The position numbers were made by a program, and so were the translations under genes. Below are positions 51,190-61,742 of a stretch of DNA of 64,000 bases, piece by piece. The notes below the pieces were generated by a model, which saw nothing but the letters and a program-made list of their open reading frames with translations, had not been told where the DNA came from and made no database searches. The stretch lies in contig CAWCXJ010000006.1 of the NCBI GenBank assembly GCA_963799485.1, positions 320,001 to 384,000 on the forward strand, written 5' to 3'. The DNA comes from an uncultured Trueperaceae bacterium (GTDB lineage: Bacteria; Deinococcota; Deinococci; Deinococcales; Trueperaceae). Position 1 is the first letter of the stretch. Each line of letters starts with the position of its first letter.

Positions 51190-52687
51190 CGAGGGTTCCT
51201 TTTTGACCGGGGTCGGCACGTTTTAGGCCGGTGGCGTAACGGTTAATTTCCTGTTCGTTGACGTCGCCTTCCGTCAGGATGCCCATCTGCTCGCCCGAGC
51301 GCATGATTACCACGCGGTGGCAGAGCCCGACGATTTCAGGGAGTTCGGACGAGATGAGGATGACCGACTTACCCTGCTCCAGCAGTTCTTGAATAAAAAA
51401 GTAAATCTGCCGCTTCGTGCCGACGTCGATACCGCGCGTGGGTTCGTCCAGGATCAAAATCTCGGGTGAGACTTCCATCGTTTTTGCCAGCACCAGCTTT
51501 TGCTGATTGCCGCCCGAAAGGACGCCGACTTTAGCGTTCAAATTCGGCACGCGGATGCTGAAGTCTTTTACGGCCTGCCTCAGCGCCGCCACCTCACGTT
51601 TTCGGTGAATAAAGGGGTCGGCGTATTTTTTAAGCGCCAAAAGCGTCAGGTTGGGCCGTAAAACCATCTCTGTAATCAGTCCCTTGCCTTTACGGTCTTC
51701 GCTCACATAGGCGAGACCGGCTTTTACGGCGTCGCTCAGCGTATGAACCGTAAGCGGCTCACCATGCCGTAAAAGGGTTCCCGTTTTTGGTCGCAAGCCG
51801 AGGATGCCCTCGAGCACCTCCGTCCGCCCCGCCCCGACGAGTCCGGCAAAGCCCAGCACCTCGCCGCGCCGAAGCTCGAACGAGATATCTTCGGCCCAAC
51901 CCGGCACCGAGATGTTTTGCGCCGTAAAAACCACTTCGGTTCCCGGCACACGTTTGGGCGGGTACATGTCGGAGAGTTCACGCCCGACCATCAGGTTCGC
52001 CATCTCGTCTTGACTCAGTTCGGCGGTAGGTTGGGTCGTGATGAGCTTGCCGTCGCGGAGGATACTCACACAGTCGGCAATCGCGGAGATTTCCTCCAAC
52101 TTGTGCGAAATATAAACCACCGCCACACCCTGTTTTTTCAGGCGGCGGATGAGTCCAAATAAAACTTCGGTCTCGCGCCCGGTCAACACGTCGGTGGGTT
52201 CGTCCATCAGCAAGACGCGCACGTCGCGGGTCACGGCTTTGGCGATTTCGACCATCTGCTTTTGCGAGACGCTTAAAGAACCGACTTTACGGCGCGGGTC
52301 GACGTCGGTCTCGAGGCTTCTCAACACCGCAGCGGCCTCCTGCTGCATTTTACGGTGCTGCAAAAACGGCCCGCTGCGTTTTTCAATGCCCAAAAAGATA
52401 TTCGCCTCGGCGCTGAGGTCGTCGGCCAGGTTGATCTCCTGGTGGATGAGCACGACGCCCTGCGCTTCGGCGTCGCGGGAGCGCCGGAACGTCACGGGTT
52501 GACCGTCTAAAGTCAGCGTTCCGCCGGTCGGTTGCAGGTAGCCCGACAAAAGTTTCATCAAGGTGGATTTGCCCGCGCCGTTTTCACCTAGAATCGCGTG
52601 GACTTCGCCTTCTTTTAAGCTGAGCGAAATGTCGTCTAAGACCCGCACCGGGCCGAAGTTTTTAGAAAGGTGGCGGGCCGCCAACAT
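51179..52687 (-). CDS. Sugar ABC ATPase (RbsA-like, two domains)
   Basis: [24 protein letters not shown]. Confidence 0.94.
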   Translation of the reverse strand: MLAARHLSKNFGPVRVLDDISLSLKEGEVHAILGENGAGKSTLMKLLSGYLQPTGGTLTLDGQPVTFRRSRDAEAQGVVLIHQEINLADDLSAEANIFLGIEKRSGPFLQHRKMQQEAAAVLRSLETDVDPRRKVGSLSVSQKQMVEIAKAVTRDVRVLLMDEPTDVLTGRETEVLFGLIRRLKKQGVAVVYISHKLEEISAIADCVSILRDGKLITTQPTAELSQDEMANLMVGRELSDMYPPKRVPGTEVVFTAQNISVPGWAEDISFELRRGEVLGFAGLVGAGRTEVLEGILGLRPKTGTLLRHGEPLTVHTLSDAVKAGLAYVSEDRKGKGLITEMVLRPNLTLLALKKYADPFIHRKREVAALRQAVKDFSIRVPNLNAKVGVLSGGNQQKLVLAKTMEVSPEILILDEPTRGIDVGTKRQIYFFIQELLEQGKSVILISSELPEIVGLCHRVVIMRSGEQMGILTEGDVNEQEINRYATGLKRADPGQKGTLDAA

Positions 52688-52903
52688 CAGTTTTTACGGG
52701 AACCGGTCGAAGCTGAAATCGCTTGCACCTCATCGTCTTTTGGGGCCACAACATCCCTTCTCGCAAATCGCTCTTGCTCACTTCTCTCTACACAGTTACG
52801 ACACCCTGACCGAATTCCGGGACGTTCGTAGTATCAGGTCTTTTGCTGACTATATGCGGGGGGTCGGAAGCTGTCAAGCTCGGTGTTCAACCGGTAACGG
52901 CGT

Positions 52904-52933
52904 AAAAAAGCCGCCCTGCGCGGACGGCTCTCT
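52904..52933 (-). terminator. Intrinsic terminator after thuA-gfo
   Basis: AGCCGTCC-GCGCA-GGGCGGCT followed by a T run on the minus strand. Confidence 0.75.
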
Positions 52934-52954
52934 TGTCGATCTGGTTTGCAAAGA

Positions 52955-53986
52955 CTAGCGCCCGAGCAGCGTCTCCGGAACCGCTTCGCTGGTCAGGGCT
53001 ACCGGCACGTTTCGTTTGGCGCTTTCGTAGCACGCCAGCACCAGGCGGACGGCCTCGAGGCCGTCCTCGCCGGTACAAACGACGTCTCTTTCACCCCGAA
53101 TCGCCGCCATAAAGTCGATTTCGCAGACCGTATGGGCGTCTAAGCCGCCGAAGGTCGTGTGCGAGATGTCGGGTTCGCCGAAACTCGTGCCCGGCGTGCT
53201 GCGAAAGCGGTGCGTCAGAATGCCCGTGCGGTTCGAGTACTCTACCGCGCCTTCCGTGCCGTAAACCCAGAACGCCTGTTCCCAACCGGTCGCAGTCCAG
53301 GCATTCTCAACGCTGCCGAGTGCGCCCGAGGCAAAGCTCAGGGTTGCCACCGACGTATCTTCGACCTCGATGTCAAACCCGAGGGTGGCGATATTCGCGT
53401 AAACCTGCTCGACGTCGCCGCCGAAGTAGCGGGCCAAATCCATCATGTGACAGCCGTTGTCGAGGAGCGTGCCACCGCCCGAATGCTCACGGCTGCCGAA
53501 CACACCGCGCACGGTTTTCGAGCCGCCCCAGTCGTGGGCCTGACGCAGACGCATAAAGGTGACGCGTCCGAGTGCGCCTGAAGCTATCAGCTCTTTCGTG
53601 CGGATGGCGGCGCTGTCGCTCCGCAGGTGATGACCTATCTGCAAAATGACACCTGCTTCATGGCAAACGCGGATCATCTCTTCGCCCTGCTCCAAAGACA
53701 GCGACACGGGTTTTTCGCACAACACGTGTTTTCCGGCCCTGGCTGCCGCCAGCGTCACCGGGTAGTGCAGCGCGTTGGGTAAACAGACCGAAACCGCCTC
53801 GATGCTCGGGTCGGCTAGGAGTTCTTCATAAGTGCCGTAGCCTTTGGGTATGTTCCACTCTTTTTGGCGTTTGGCGAGGGCTAAGGGGTTGGCGTCGGCA
53901 ATCGCAACGACCGTTGCGCCTCCGGCGGTGTAGCCATCAAAGTGAAACAGTGAGACGCCGCCCGCGCCGATAATCCCGACGTTCAT
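52955..53986 (-). CDS. Gfo/Idh/MocA oxidoreductase
   Basis: [25 protein letters not shown]. Confidence 0.93.
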   Translation of the reverse strand: MNVGIIGAGGVSLFHFDGYTAGGATVVAIADANPLALAKRQKEWNIPKGYGTYEELLADPSIEAVSVCLPNALHYPVTLAAARAGKHVLCEKPVSLSLEQGEEMIRVCHEAGVILQIGHHLRSDSAAIRTKELIASGALGRVTFMRLRQAHDWGGSKTVRGVFGSREHSGGGTLLDNGCHMMDLARYFGGDVEQVYANIATLGFDIEVEDTSVATLSFASGALGSVENAWTATGWEQAFWVYGTEGAVEYSNRTGILTHRFRSTPGTSFGEPDISHTTFGGLDAHTVCEIDFMAAIRGERDVVCTGEDGLEAVRLVLACYESAKRNVPVALTSEAVPETLLGR

Positions 53987-54753
53987 ACGGCTTCCTCGGT
54001 TTTTGCGGTTTCAGAGTTTGCGGTGAAGGGCTCGAGCGTTTCGGGCCTGTGACCAAACCATGTTTTCGGTCGGTTCGGCGTCGGCGCGGCCCAGCGCGCG
54101 GCGTTTCTCAAAACCTGCTTGATTTCACTTTGGTAATAGATCGGGAAAGTCTCGTGACCGGGCCGAAAGTAAAACACCTTGCCCTGCCCGCGGTTATAGC
54201 ACGCGCCGCTGCGGAAGACCTCGCCGCCTTCAAACCAGCTCACAAACACGAGTTCGTCGGGTGCAGGAACGTCGAAGGGTTCGCCGTACATCTCCGCTTG
54301 CGGGACGACGAAACTGTTCTCCAACCCTTCGGCAATCGGGTGCTGCGGCGCAACGACCCAGAGTCGTTCGCGCTCGCCGGCGTCGCGCCACGAGAGGTTA
54401 CAGGTTGTTCCCAAAAGGCGCTTGAAGATTTTGGCGAAGTGCCCGGAGTGCAGCACCACCAGCCCCATACCCTCTAGAACCCGCGCGTGAACCCGCTCGA
54501 CCACTTCATCCGACACCTCGCCGTGCGCCATATGGCCCCACCAGAAGAGAACATCGGTCGTGTCCAGTACGTCGCCGCCTAGCCCGTGCTCGGGCTCGTC
54601 CAGGGTGGCTGTGCGTACCTCGAAACCGGCTTCGCGTAAGCCGTCGGCGACGGCGCGGTGGATGCCGTCCGGATAAATCTCTGTGACTTTGGGGTTGCGC
54701 CGTTCGTGCCGAAACTCGTTCCAAACGGTGATGCGAGGTAGTTGCGGTGCCAT
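53983..54753 (-). CDS. thuA: ThuA (trehalose utilisation) domain protein
   Basis: [38 protein letters not shown]. Confidence 0.92.
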   Translation of the reverse strand: MAPQLPRITVWNEFRHERRNPKVTEIYPDGIHRAVADGLREAGFEVRTATLDEPEHGLGGDVLDTTDVLFWWGHMAHGEVSDEVVERVHARVLEGMGLVVLHSGHFAKIFKRLLGTTCNLSWRDAGERERLWVVAPQHPIAEGLENSFVVPQAEMYGEPFDVPAPDELVFVSWFEGGEVFRSGACYNRGQGKVFYFRPGHETFPIYYQSEIKQVLRNAARWAAPTPNRPKTWFGHRPETLEPFTANSETAKTEEAV

Positions 54754-55170
54754 ACAAGCCTCCTTCAGCTCAAGAGAAAACGTTACCGTACCCGGTAATC
54801 GGCGCACAAGGCCATCTGAACACCTCGGCTAAAACAACAGTTGGCAATGGTTGGCGTCGTAGCACGGGCAAAAACCAGGGCGCGCGAAGCAGGCGCAAAC
54901 CTGCCGTCTGAGCTAACCTCTGTGGATTAAGCAACCGTTAATAAAACCAGGATGTTTATAGGTGCTTAAGTCAGTACGATGTGTATCAGGAGTTGCGTAT
55001 GCAAATCCTTTTCCGCGCAGCACGCTCTTTTGGGGAGGCCACCACATTACCGACGCGTGCTGCGTTTTCTGTCTTCTGCTTTTAATTTATACGAGCATAA
55101 AGCCGTACAGACGAAAGTTTTGCGTTTGCCTCGAGCAGTCCACCTCTTCTGCGCTATTTTGGTCGCAACG

Positions 55171-55359
55171 TCAGAACGACGGTTGCTTAGGGCTCAGCGG
55201 TGACGGGTCGCTCAGCGGCTCCGCCTCGGGCTCGTTGTGTGGACGCCTACCCGGTTCGTCGCCCCAGGTATCGGGAAAATCATCTTCAGGGTCCGGTACC
55301 TCAGGGTCCGGCACCTCACAGACGCCCGGCAGTTTGGGCTTCGGCGTATCTTTACTCAC
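55171..55359 (-). CDS. Small Pro/acid-rich hypothetical protein
   Basis: GTG start 9 nt downstream of the pgm stop; EVPDP duplication. Confidence 0.45.
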   Translation of the reverse strand: MSKDTPKPKLPGVCEVPDPEVPDPEDDFPDTWGDEPGRRPHNEPEAEPLSDPSPLSPKQPSF

Positions 55360-55368
55360 CGTAAAACC

Positions 55369-57012
55369 CTACAACCCAGCCGCTTGAAATGCGCCTCGGA
55401 CGATTTCCTGCGCTTCGCTCTGAATCTCCCTAAGGTGCGCTTCGCCCTTAAACGACTCGGCGTAGATTTTGTAAATCTCTTCGGTGCCCGAAGGCCGCGC
55501 CGCAAACCAGCCCGACTCGGTGACGACTTTAAGCCCGCCGATGGCTGCACCGTTTGCCGGAGCTTTCGTCAGTTTGGCTGTAATCGTGTCGCCTGCTAGC
55601 GTATCCGCCGTAACCTGTTCGGGCGAGAGGGTAGCGAGCACCTTTTTCTGCTCGGTGTCGGCGGGCGCGTCGGTGCGGGCATAGACCGGCGCGCCGAATT
55701 CGGCCTCGAGGTCGCGGTAGTGTTCGCCGGGGTCGCGGCCTGTTTTCGCCAGGATTTCAGCCGCCAGCAAGTCCATGATGAGGCCGTCTTTGTCGGTCGT
55801 CCAGACGGTGCCGTCTTGCCGTAAAAACGACGCGCCCGCCGACTCCTCGCCGCCGAACCCGTAAGAGCCGTCTAGCAGGCCCGAAACGAAGTATTTGAAA
55901 CCGACCGGGACTTCCTCGAGCTTCCGCCCCAACCGCGCCGCTACCCGGTCGATCATCGAACTCGAGACCAGCGTTTTCCCGACTGCCGCGTCGCTGCGCC
56001 ACCCCGGACGGTTTTGAAACAGATAATCAGTCGCCACCGCGAGGTAGTGGTTCGGGTTTAAGAGCCCGCTGCTTTTGGTGACGATGCCGTGCCGGTCGGC
56101 GTCGGGGTCGTTGCCGAAGGCGAGGTCGAAGTCGTCTTTGAGTTTAATCAGCCCCGCCATTGCGTAGGGTGACGAGCAGTCCATGCGGATTTTGCCGTCT
56201 TTATCGACGCTCATAAAGGCAAATCTAGGGTCGACACTTTGATTGACGATATGTAAAGCTACGCCGTAACGTTCGGCAACCGGTTCCCAGTAGCCGACGC
56301 TCGCCCCGCCCAAAGGGTCGACGCCGAGTTTAAGGCCCGCGTTCGCTACCGCGTCCATATCGACGATGTCGCCTAACGCACCGACGTAAGGTGCGACGAA
56401 ATCGAACGTGTGTGTGGTGTCAGCCTCCAGAGCTTTTTTGAAGGCGATACGTTTGACGCCTCGCAGCTCGTCGCGTAAAAGCTCGTTCGCCCGCGTCTCA
56501 ATTTTTTTGGTGACGTCCGTGTCGGCGGGGCCGCCCGACGGTGGATTGTACTTAAAACCGCCGTCCCCGGGCGGGTTGTGCGACGGGGTGATGACCACAC
56601 CGTCGGCGAGACCGTCTTTACGGTTCCGGTTGTAACCCAAAATCGCGTGCGACACCGCCGGAGTCGGGGTGTAGCCTAAACCTTCTTGCAGCATTACCGT
56701 CACTCCGCTAGCGGCGAGGACTTCGGTGGCGCTGATCAGCGCAGGCTCGGAAAGTGCGTGCGTGTCCATCCCGACGAACATCGGCCCGGTGATGCCCGCT
56801 TCAGCCCGGTACTCGCAAAGCGCCTGGGTGACGGCTAAGATATGCGCTTCGTTAAAGCTGCCCGAAAGCGAGGTGCCGCGGTGCCCGGAAGTGCCGAACG
56901 AAACACGCTCGGCGGGGTTTTCGGGGTCGGGCTGCGTGGTGTAGTACGCCGCGACGAGGCGCGGGATGTTGGCGAGGAGTTCTTCCGGGGCTACTTTGCC
57001 GGCAAGTGTCAT
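55369..57012 (-). CDS. pgm: Phosphoglucomutase (alpha-D-glucose-1,6-bisphosphate dependent)
   Basis: [37 protein letters not shown]. Confidence 0.97.
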   Translation of the reverse strand: MTLAGKVAPEELLANIPRLVAAYYTTQPDPENPAERVSFGTSGHRGTSLSGSFNEAHILAVTQALCEYRAEAGITGPMFVGMDTHALSEPALISATEVLAASGVTVMLQEGLGYTPTPAVSHAILGYNRNRKDGLADGVVITPSHNPPGDGGFKYNPPSGGPADTDVTKKIETRANELLRDELRGVKRIAFKKALEADTTHTFDFVAPYVGALGDIVDMDAVANAGLKLGVDPLGGASVGYWEPVAERYGVALHIVNQSVDPRFAFMSVDKDGKIRMDCSSPYAMAGLIKLKDDFDLAFGNDPDADRHGIVTKSSGLLNPNHYLAVATDYLFQNRPGWRSDAAVGKTLVSSSMIDRVAARLGRKLEEVPVGFKYFVSGLLDGSYGFGGEESAGASFLRQDGTVWTTDKDGLIMDLLAAEILAKTGRDPGEHYRDLEAEFGAPVYARTDAPADTEQKKVLATLSPEQVTADTLAGDTITAKLTKAPANGAAIGGLKVVTESGWFAARPSGTEEIYKIYAESFKGEAHLREIQSEAQEIVRGAFQAAGL

Positions 57013-57155
57013 AAAGCCTCCATTTAGGCCATATCATACCCGTGGTTTACGGCGGGGAACAGCACAAGGTTCCGGGCAAAAAAATTGGCTTTTAGTGCCG
57101 GAAAAAGTCGCGTGTTTGGTCTGTAGCCGACGTGCCGCGCTCGAGCCTCGGCTCG

Positions 57156-57419
57156 TCAAATCATGTCGTCTTGCCAGACGATAATCTCGGGATTTTCCGG
57201 GCCACCGGTAACGACGATGAGGACGACGTTACCGGGTTGTTCCTCGGTCTGCACAAGGTTGAAGCGCGCCACTTCGGGGTCGTCGTCGGGCAGGATGCAC
57301 AGCGCCGCACCCGCCGGGACCTGCGCGTGAAGTTCAGGCTCGAGGCGGATACATTCGCCGATTTTGAGCGACCACCACCGTGCACGCTCACCTGTTGTCC
57401 CGACGGGTAAATCTGAGAT
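57156..57419 (-). CDS. Unannotated 87-aa ORF with ATC in the start position (DUF5647-like)
   Basis: GGAGG-CAAGC-ATC, then SDLPVGTTGERARWWSLKIGECIRLEPELHAQVPAGAALCILPDDDPEVARFNL...DDMI*. Confidence 0.65.
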   Translation of the reverse strand: MSDLPVGTTGERARWWSLKIGECIRLEPELHAQVPAGAALCILPDDDPEVARFNLVQTEEQPGNVVLIVVTGGPENPEIIVWQDDMI

Positions 57420-57560
57420 GCTTGCCTCCGCTTGCTGGACTGAGCGCCGATACCAGCGCGGTTATAGTTATAACACCGTCTGAGTGCCTAGCTTACCCGA
57501 ACCCCAAGGCGGTGACAGGATTTATGTCACGGATTGCGGTATAGGTGTGGTGAGCGGCGT

Positions 57561-58898
57561 CTAGCTCTCGCGGCGCAATATCCGGCCCCAGGTCGGGGAT
57601 AGCTCGAGCCCACCCCCTGAAACCGTTTCACCGGGATTTAACAGGTCTGTCCAGGTGTTGCCTGCTACCGGTAGCTCGAGCGTCACAGCTTCGCGGCTCG
57701 CGTTGACGGCAACCAAAACCGCCTCGTTTTGCCAGCTGCGGGAAAACACGAACTGCTCCGAAGTTACAAGCTGCTCGCGGTAATCACCACACCTGAGCGC
57801 CGGTAAGGTGTGGCGCAGTTTGATGAGTCTCTGAACAACCCCGTAAAGATGGGGATGCCGGCCCGCACTGCCCAGCATTTCAGGCGTAAGCGGCGGGCGG
57901 AGCGGGGCGTCGCTTGCCGGGGCCTTTTCGCCCGTTACGCCCCACTCGCTGCCGTAGTACAACGACGGTACACCGGGCACCGTCAAGAGCAGGATGTGAA
58001 GCGGATAGAGGTGCGCGGATTCGTGTAAAAGGCTGGCGACGCGGGGCACGTCGTGGTTGTCGGCGAAGGTGTAAAGCGGCAGCTCGCGGTAGATTCCGCC
58101 CGCGCCGAACTGTCGTTTGAGCGTGTGGGCCAGCTCGAAGTAGTTGCGGTCGTTGTGGCTCGAGTAGAGCCCTTTGTGCAGCTCGTAGTTCGTCGTTGCG
58201 TCGAGCTTGCCGGAACCGGCCCACTCCCGGTAGTCGCCGTGAATGACCTCACCCAAAAGCCAGCAGTCCGGTTTAACTTTACGGCAGACTTCAGCCAAGT
58301 CGTGCTGAAACTCCAAATCGAGCACGTCCGCTGCGTCGAGCCGTAAACCGTCGGCGTCAAAGGCTTGCAGCCACAGCCGCGCCGCCGTAAAAAGATGCTC
58401 ACGTACCGCCGGGTTTGCGGTATTGAGTTTTACGAGGTCGAAGTGCCCGTTCCAGCCCTCGTAACCGAACAGGTCGCCGGCGGGGCTCTGCGCCGTAAAA
58501 TCGAGAAAAAACCAGTCGCAATAGGGACTCGCTGCGCCGCGCTCCTGCACATCCCGGAACGCCCAGAAGTCGCGTCCGACGTGGTGAAATACGGCGTCGA
58601 GCATTACCTTCAAACCGCGTGCGTGACACGCCGTGATCAACGCCTTCAGGTCGTCGTTGGTACCGAGCCGCCGGTCTACCGTAAAGAGCTCGGCGGTGTC
58701 GTACCCGTGGCTGCCGGACTCGAGCACCGGCCCGAGCAGCAGCGTATTGACGCCCAACTCGCCCAGGTAAGGCAACCAGCCGTGCAACTTGCTTAAGCGG
58801 TCACTCGGCTCGCCCGTAAAGTCGTTACGCTCCGGTGCGCCCGTGCTGCCGAGGGGGAAGAGGTGATAGATAACTGCGCCTTGTGCCCAATGATTCAT
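57561..58898 (-). CDS. GH13 alpha-amylase/cyclomaltodextrinase-like enzyme
   Basis: HGYDT, DAVFHH, DGLRLDAA, GEVIH, DNHD. Confidence 0.94.
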   Translation of the reverse strand: MNHWAQGAVIYHLFPLGSTGAPERNDFTGEPSDRLSKLHGWLPYLGELGVNTLLLGPVLESGSHGYDTAELFTVDRRLGTNDDLKALITACHARGLKVMLDAVFHHVGRDFWAFRDVQERGAASPYCDWFFLDFTAQSPAGDLFGYEGWNGHFDLVKLNTANPAVREHLFTAARLWLQAFDADGLRLDAADVLDLEFQHDLAEVCRKVKPDCWLLGEVIHGDYREWAGSGKLDATTNYELHKGLYSSHNDRNYFELAHTLKRQFGAGGIYRELPLYTFADNHDVPRVASLLHESAHLYPLHILLLTVPGVPSLYYGSEWGVTGEKAPASDAPLRPPLTPEMLGSAGRHPHLYGVVQRLIKLRHTLPALRCGDYREQLVTSEQFVFSRSWQNEAVLVAVNASREAVTLELPVAGNTWTDLLNPGETVSGGGLELSPTWGRILRRES

Positions 58899-58913
58899 AT
58901 TAACTCCTTTATT

Positions 58914-58925
58914 TACCGTTCGGTA
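58914..58925. promoter_or_regulatory. TetR operator candidate upstream of the GH13 gene
   Basis: Palindrome TACCGTTCGGTA; same consensus as the sites at 59541-59567. Confidence 0.7.
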
Positions 58926-58968
58926 TAATCGTAGTCTGAAAAGTGTGTATCGCCGTTGGCTTTAGCAT

Positions 58969-59535
58969 TTAAGAGTAGATGCCGTAGCTGAACTGTTTGA
59001 CGATGTCGTACTTGAGGGTGTCGTCGGGGGTAATTTCGCCGGAAAGAACGAGTCCCGAGTAGGTGTTGACCAACCCGACGAAACTTACGGCGTAGCGGCG
59101 GGCGCGGCCCCGCATGTTGCCGTGGTCGCGGCTTGCGGCCTCAAACAAGTTTTCGACAAGCTCACGCTGCTTACGCCCTAACGGACGCGCCAAGCGGTAC
59201 GACCGGCTTTCCGGCGGGGCTACGGCGCACGCCGATAGCAGGTGGTAAAAGCTCGTTTGCGCCGTAGCAAAGGCCAGATACGCCTCGACGATGGCGAGCA
59301 GGTTGCGGGTCAGGTCGCCTTGATAACAGGTCGCGGCCTCGAGCTTCGTCAAAAGGGGCTTAGCGTCACGGGTGATAAGCGCCCCGAGTACACCCTCCTT
59401 GTTGCCGAAATGATGGTAGAGCGTGGGTTTGGTGACGCCCGCAGCCGCAACGAGTTCTTGCACGCCCACCGCGTCGTAACCGCGCGCAGAGAACAGCCCC
59501 AAGGCGTGGGTGAGGATAAGGTCGGGTGTATCCAC
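58969..59535 (-). CDS. TetR/AcrR family regulator
   Basis: GYDAVGVQELVAAAGVTKPTLYHHFGNKE; start placed at GTG 59535. Confidence 0.92.
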   Translation of the reverse strand: MDTPDLILTHALGLFSARGYDAVGVQELVAAAGVTKPTLYHHFGNKEGVLGALITRDAKPLLTKLEAATCYQGDLTRNLLAIVEAYLAFATAQTSFYHLLSACAVAPPESRSYRLARPLGRKQRELVENLFEAASRDHGNMRGRARRYAVSFVGLVNTYSGLVLSGEITPDDTLKYDIVKQFSYGIYS

Positions 59536-59575
59536 AGCTATACCGAACGGTAGTATACCAGACGGTATAGCTGTG
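59533..59575. promoter_or_regulatory. Tandem TetR operators inside a longer inverted repeat
   Basis: TACCGAACGGTA 59541-59552 and TACCAGACGGTA 59556-59567, flanked by CACAGCTATACCG...CGGTATAGCTGTG. Confidence 0.75.
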
Positions 59576-59641
59576 TCAAGATATCTCGAGGTGTACAAGC
59601 CGGTTCGTATTTGGTGGCGACCGAGCTTTGCCGCACGAGGC

Positions 59642-60322
59642 TCAGGGTAGCCGAGAAATGACGGCTGAAGCGGTGCGCGTGGGACGGCTCAACCGTTTTC
59701 GGATAAGCCATTCGGCGACGGCGAGGTTAATCACCCAACCTGCACCCATCGCCAGCGCCCTTGTCGGCTCTCCCAGGAGTGTCGGAAAAAACAGTAGCGG
59801 CAGATGCGTCAGGACTTGCGTACCTGCGCCCATGCCGATAGCGTAGGCGCGAATCATCCAGGCACCGTGCCGGGAAAAGTCTCGCCGCCGAATGGCAGCA
59901 ACACCGAGGAGAAGGGATAAGAGCATCGCCGACCCGAACACGAGCCGCAAAATGTATAAAACCTCACCGTCATACTTGGGCCAGGGATAAAACCGGGCCA
60001 TCCACAAGCCTGAAAGTGCCGCGATAAGCCCGCACGGAATCAGGAGCCGCCCGGCTGCGCGGTGCCAACCCGGTCGCCGACGGCGAAAACCGGGGACGAA
60101 CTGAAACGCACCCAAAACGGCGTACACGCTGACGCTGACGATGTGCAGTACCACAGGCAAAGGCGACGCGAAAAACCGGGCGTTGTCCGCTGTGACTTCT
60201 GCGCCGCTACTCAGTTCGGTAAGGCGAAAGGCACCGGCGGCGACCGGAACGGCGCTGAGCAAAAGCAGCGCAGCGGGGATAAGCCACTCCCCTATAGACT
60301 TCGTTTTTACATCCGGATTCAT
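59642..60322 (-). CDS. DUF2306 family membrane protein
   Basis: LHI, WHR..GR, HGAWMIRAYA. Confidence 0.85.
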   Translation of the reverse strand: MNPDVKTKSIGEWLIPAALLLLSAVPVAAGAFRLTELSSGAEVTADNARFFASPLPVVLHIVSVSVYAVLGAFQFVPGFRRRRPGWHRAAGRLLIPCGLIAALSGLWMARFYPWPKYDGEVLYILRLVFGSAMLLSLLLGVAAIRRRDFSRHGAWMIRAYAIGMGAGTQVLTHLPLLFFPTLLGEPTRALAMGAGWVINLAVAEWLIRKRLSRPTRTASAVISRLP

Positions 60323-60361
60323 TTGCAGCCCTCCTTTAAGGGTGGTTCGGTGTTGCCTGGT

Positions 60362-60589
60362 TCAACCGGCGTCTTCTCCCAGGTCGAAAGAAAAAACGTC
60401 TTCCAGCGGTGTATTAAAAACGTGGGCGATACGAAACGCGACTTCCAAAGAAGGTGAATACTTCGCCTTTTCGATGGCGACGATGGTCTGCCTCGTTACG
60501 CCTACCCTGTCGGCGAGTTCTTTTTGGGTCATTTCGTTGTGGTGAAAACGCAACGTTCGGATGTTGTTGCTGATGGGACTTTTGCCCAC
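60362..60589 (-). CDS. Small XRE/Cro HTH regulator
   Basis: NNIRTLR, MTQKELADRVGVTRQTIVAIEK..YSPSLEVAFRIA. Confidence 0.93.
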   Translation of the reverse strand: MGKSPISNNIRTLRFHHNEMTQKELADRVGVTRQTIVAIEKAKYSPSLEVAFRIAHVFNTPLEDVFSFDLGEDAG

Positions 60590-60590
60590 C

Positions 60591-61046
60591 TCAGAAGCCC
60601 TTCTGATAGAGCAGCAATCTGCTTGCGTCGCCGATAATCTGTGCCAGGATGCCGAAAAAGATGAGCAGGCTGAACATCACCAAAGGCGGTTGCCCGAGGA
60701 CAAAACTCAGCATGGCGAGAAACACCCCGAGTGAGGACGCAGTATATGTGACCTGTGTTCCCCGTAAACCGATGAGCTTGTCCCTTTCGTCCTCGAGGTC
60801 TTCGATTTCCGGGTTCTCGTTGCCTGTTCTAAACGCCTGGACGATGGCGGAGGCGATGTGCGTAAGAATCGTAGCAAGAATTGTGACGACGACGGCGAGG
60901 ACAATAACGATTCCCCAGAGGCGAAAAACGCTGGTCGGGGTGAAGGTGTCGTTTTGAACCAGCTGAACTATCCTGAAGAGGTAAAAGCTCAGGATCAAAA
61001 CGAAGTTGACCAAGGATACGGTGATGTTTTTCTGCTGAAAAGACAT
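60591..61046 (-). CDS. Hypothetical membrane protein typical of XRE-paired operons
   Basis: TM helices and DERDKLI motif; start at ATG 61046. Confidence 0.8.
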   Translation of the reverse strand: MSFQQKNITVSLVNFVLILSFYLFRIVQLVQNDTFTPTSVFRLWGIVIVLAVVVTILATILTHIASAIVQAFRTGNENPEIEDLEDERDKLIGLRGTQVTYTASSLGVFLAMLSFVLGQPPLVMFSLLIFFGILAQIIGDASRLLLYQKGF

Positions 61047-61098
61047 TTTTCCCTCTTTCTGTTGATCGGTAGCTCGAGTCAAATAAAGCGTCCATATA

Positions 61099-61135
61099 GT
61101 AAACAATTTTATACCCTGTGTCAAATATCTTTTAC
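61099..61135. promoter_or_regulatory. Paired operator candidates for the XRE operon
   Basis: GTAAACAATTTTATAC and GTCAAATATCTTTTAC, 21-bp period. Confidence 0.5.
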
Positions 61136-61223
61136 TTAAGCTGCCCAAAAGTAAGCCGTTTGTTTTGGCTGGCGTGTTCAGCAACAGTACTGATTTGAGC
61201 GCTCAAATAATCGAGACTTGCCT

Positions 61224-61742
61224 CTAGGTGGAAATCCGTTTAGGCAAACGAGCTAGAAATAGCTCTACTTCCTGAACACGCTGTAAATGGATGATCTGTT
61301 TACCCTCGAGCCCTCTCAACTTCTCCAAAATCACCGGTCGCCGCACCTTCGGATACTCCCAAACGAACCGTAAAAACTCGCCCGTCAGCCGCTCCGGGCA
61401 GCCCTCGGTCATATCGGGCCGTGAGCGGTTGTGATACCGAAGCCGACGCTTAAAGACACGCCACAAGCAGCGCAACCGAGGTAAGTCAAGAAAGATTACG
61501 GTGTCGGCAGCTGCCAAGCGCACATCCATCGTCGAGCCGTAGTTGCCGTCAACAATCCAGCAGTCTTGCGCTAGAAAGCTGCTTTGACGTTTCAGCCACT
61601 GGTCGTGAGGCGCTTCAGTCCAGCCTGTGTTCCAGTAAAGCCGGTCTAAATGGATGACGGGAAGTCCGGTTCGCTCGCCCAGTGCACGGGCCAGTGTCGT
61701 TTTGCCAGCCCCGCCCGACCCGATAATTGCCACGCGCTTCAC
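61224..61742 (-). CDS. FlaR-like P-loop protein (topology modulation protein family)
   Basis: IIGSGGAGKTT, HLD, WIVDGNY, RPDMTEGCPE. Confidence 0.9.
   Translation of the reverse strand: MKRVAIIGSGGAGKTTLARALGERTGLPVIHLDRLYWNTGWTEAPHDQWLKRQSSFLAQDCWIVDGNYGSTMDVRLAAADTVIFLDLPRLRCLWRVFKRRLRYHNRSRPDMTEGCPERLTGEFLRFVWEYPKVRRPVILEKLRGLEGKQIIHLQRVQEVELFLARLPKRIST

Noticed and set aside
54754..55170. Long non-coding region upstream of thuA as an ncRNA or riboswitch
   Set aside because: Only weak palindromes (ATTAA-N7-TTAAT near 54926); no structure I can support without a covariance-model search
57132..57410. ORF-track calls 57132..57410 (+) and 57161..57391 (-)
   Set aside because: Low-complexity shadows of the better ATC-start frame at 57156-57419
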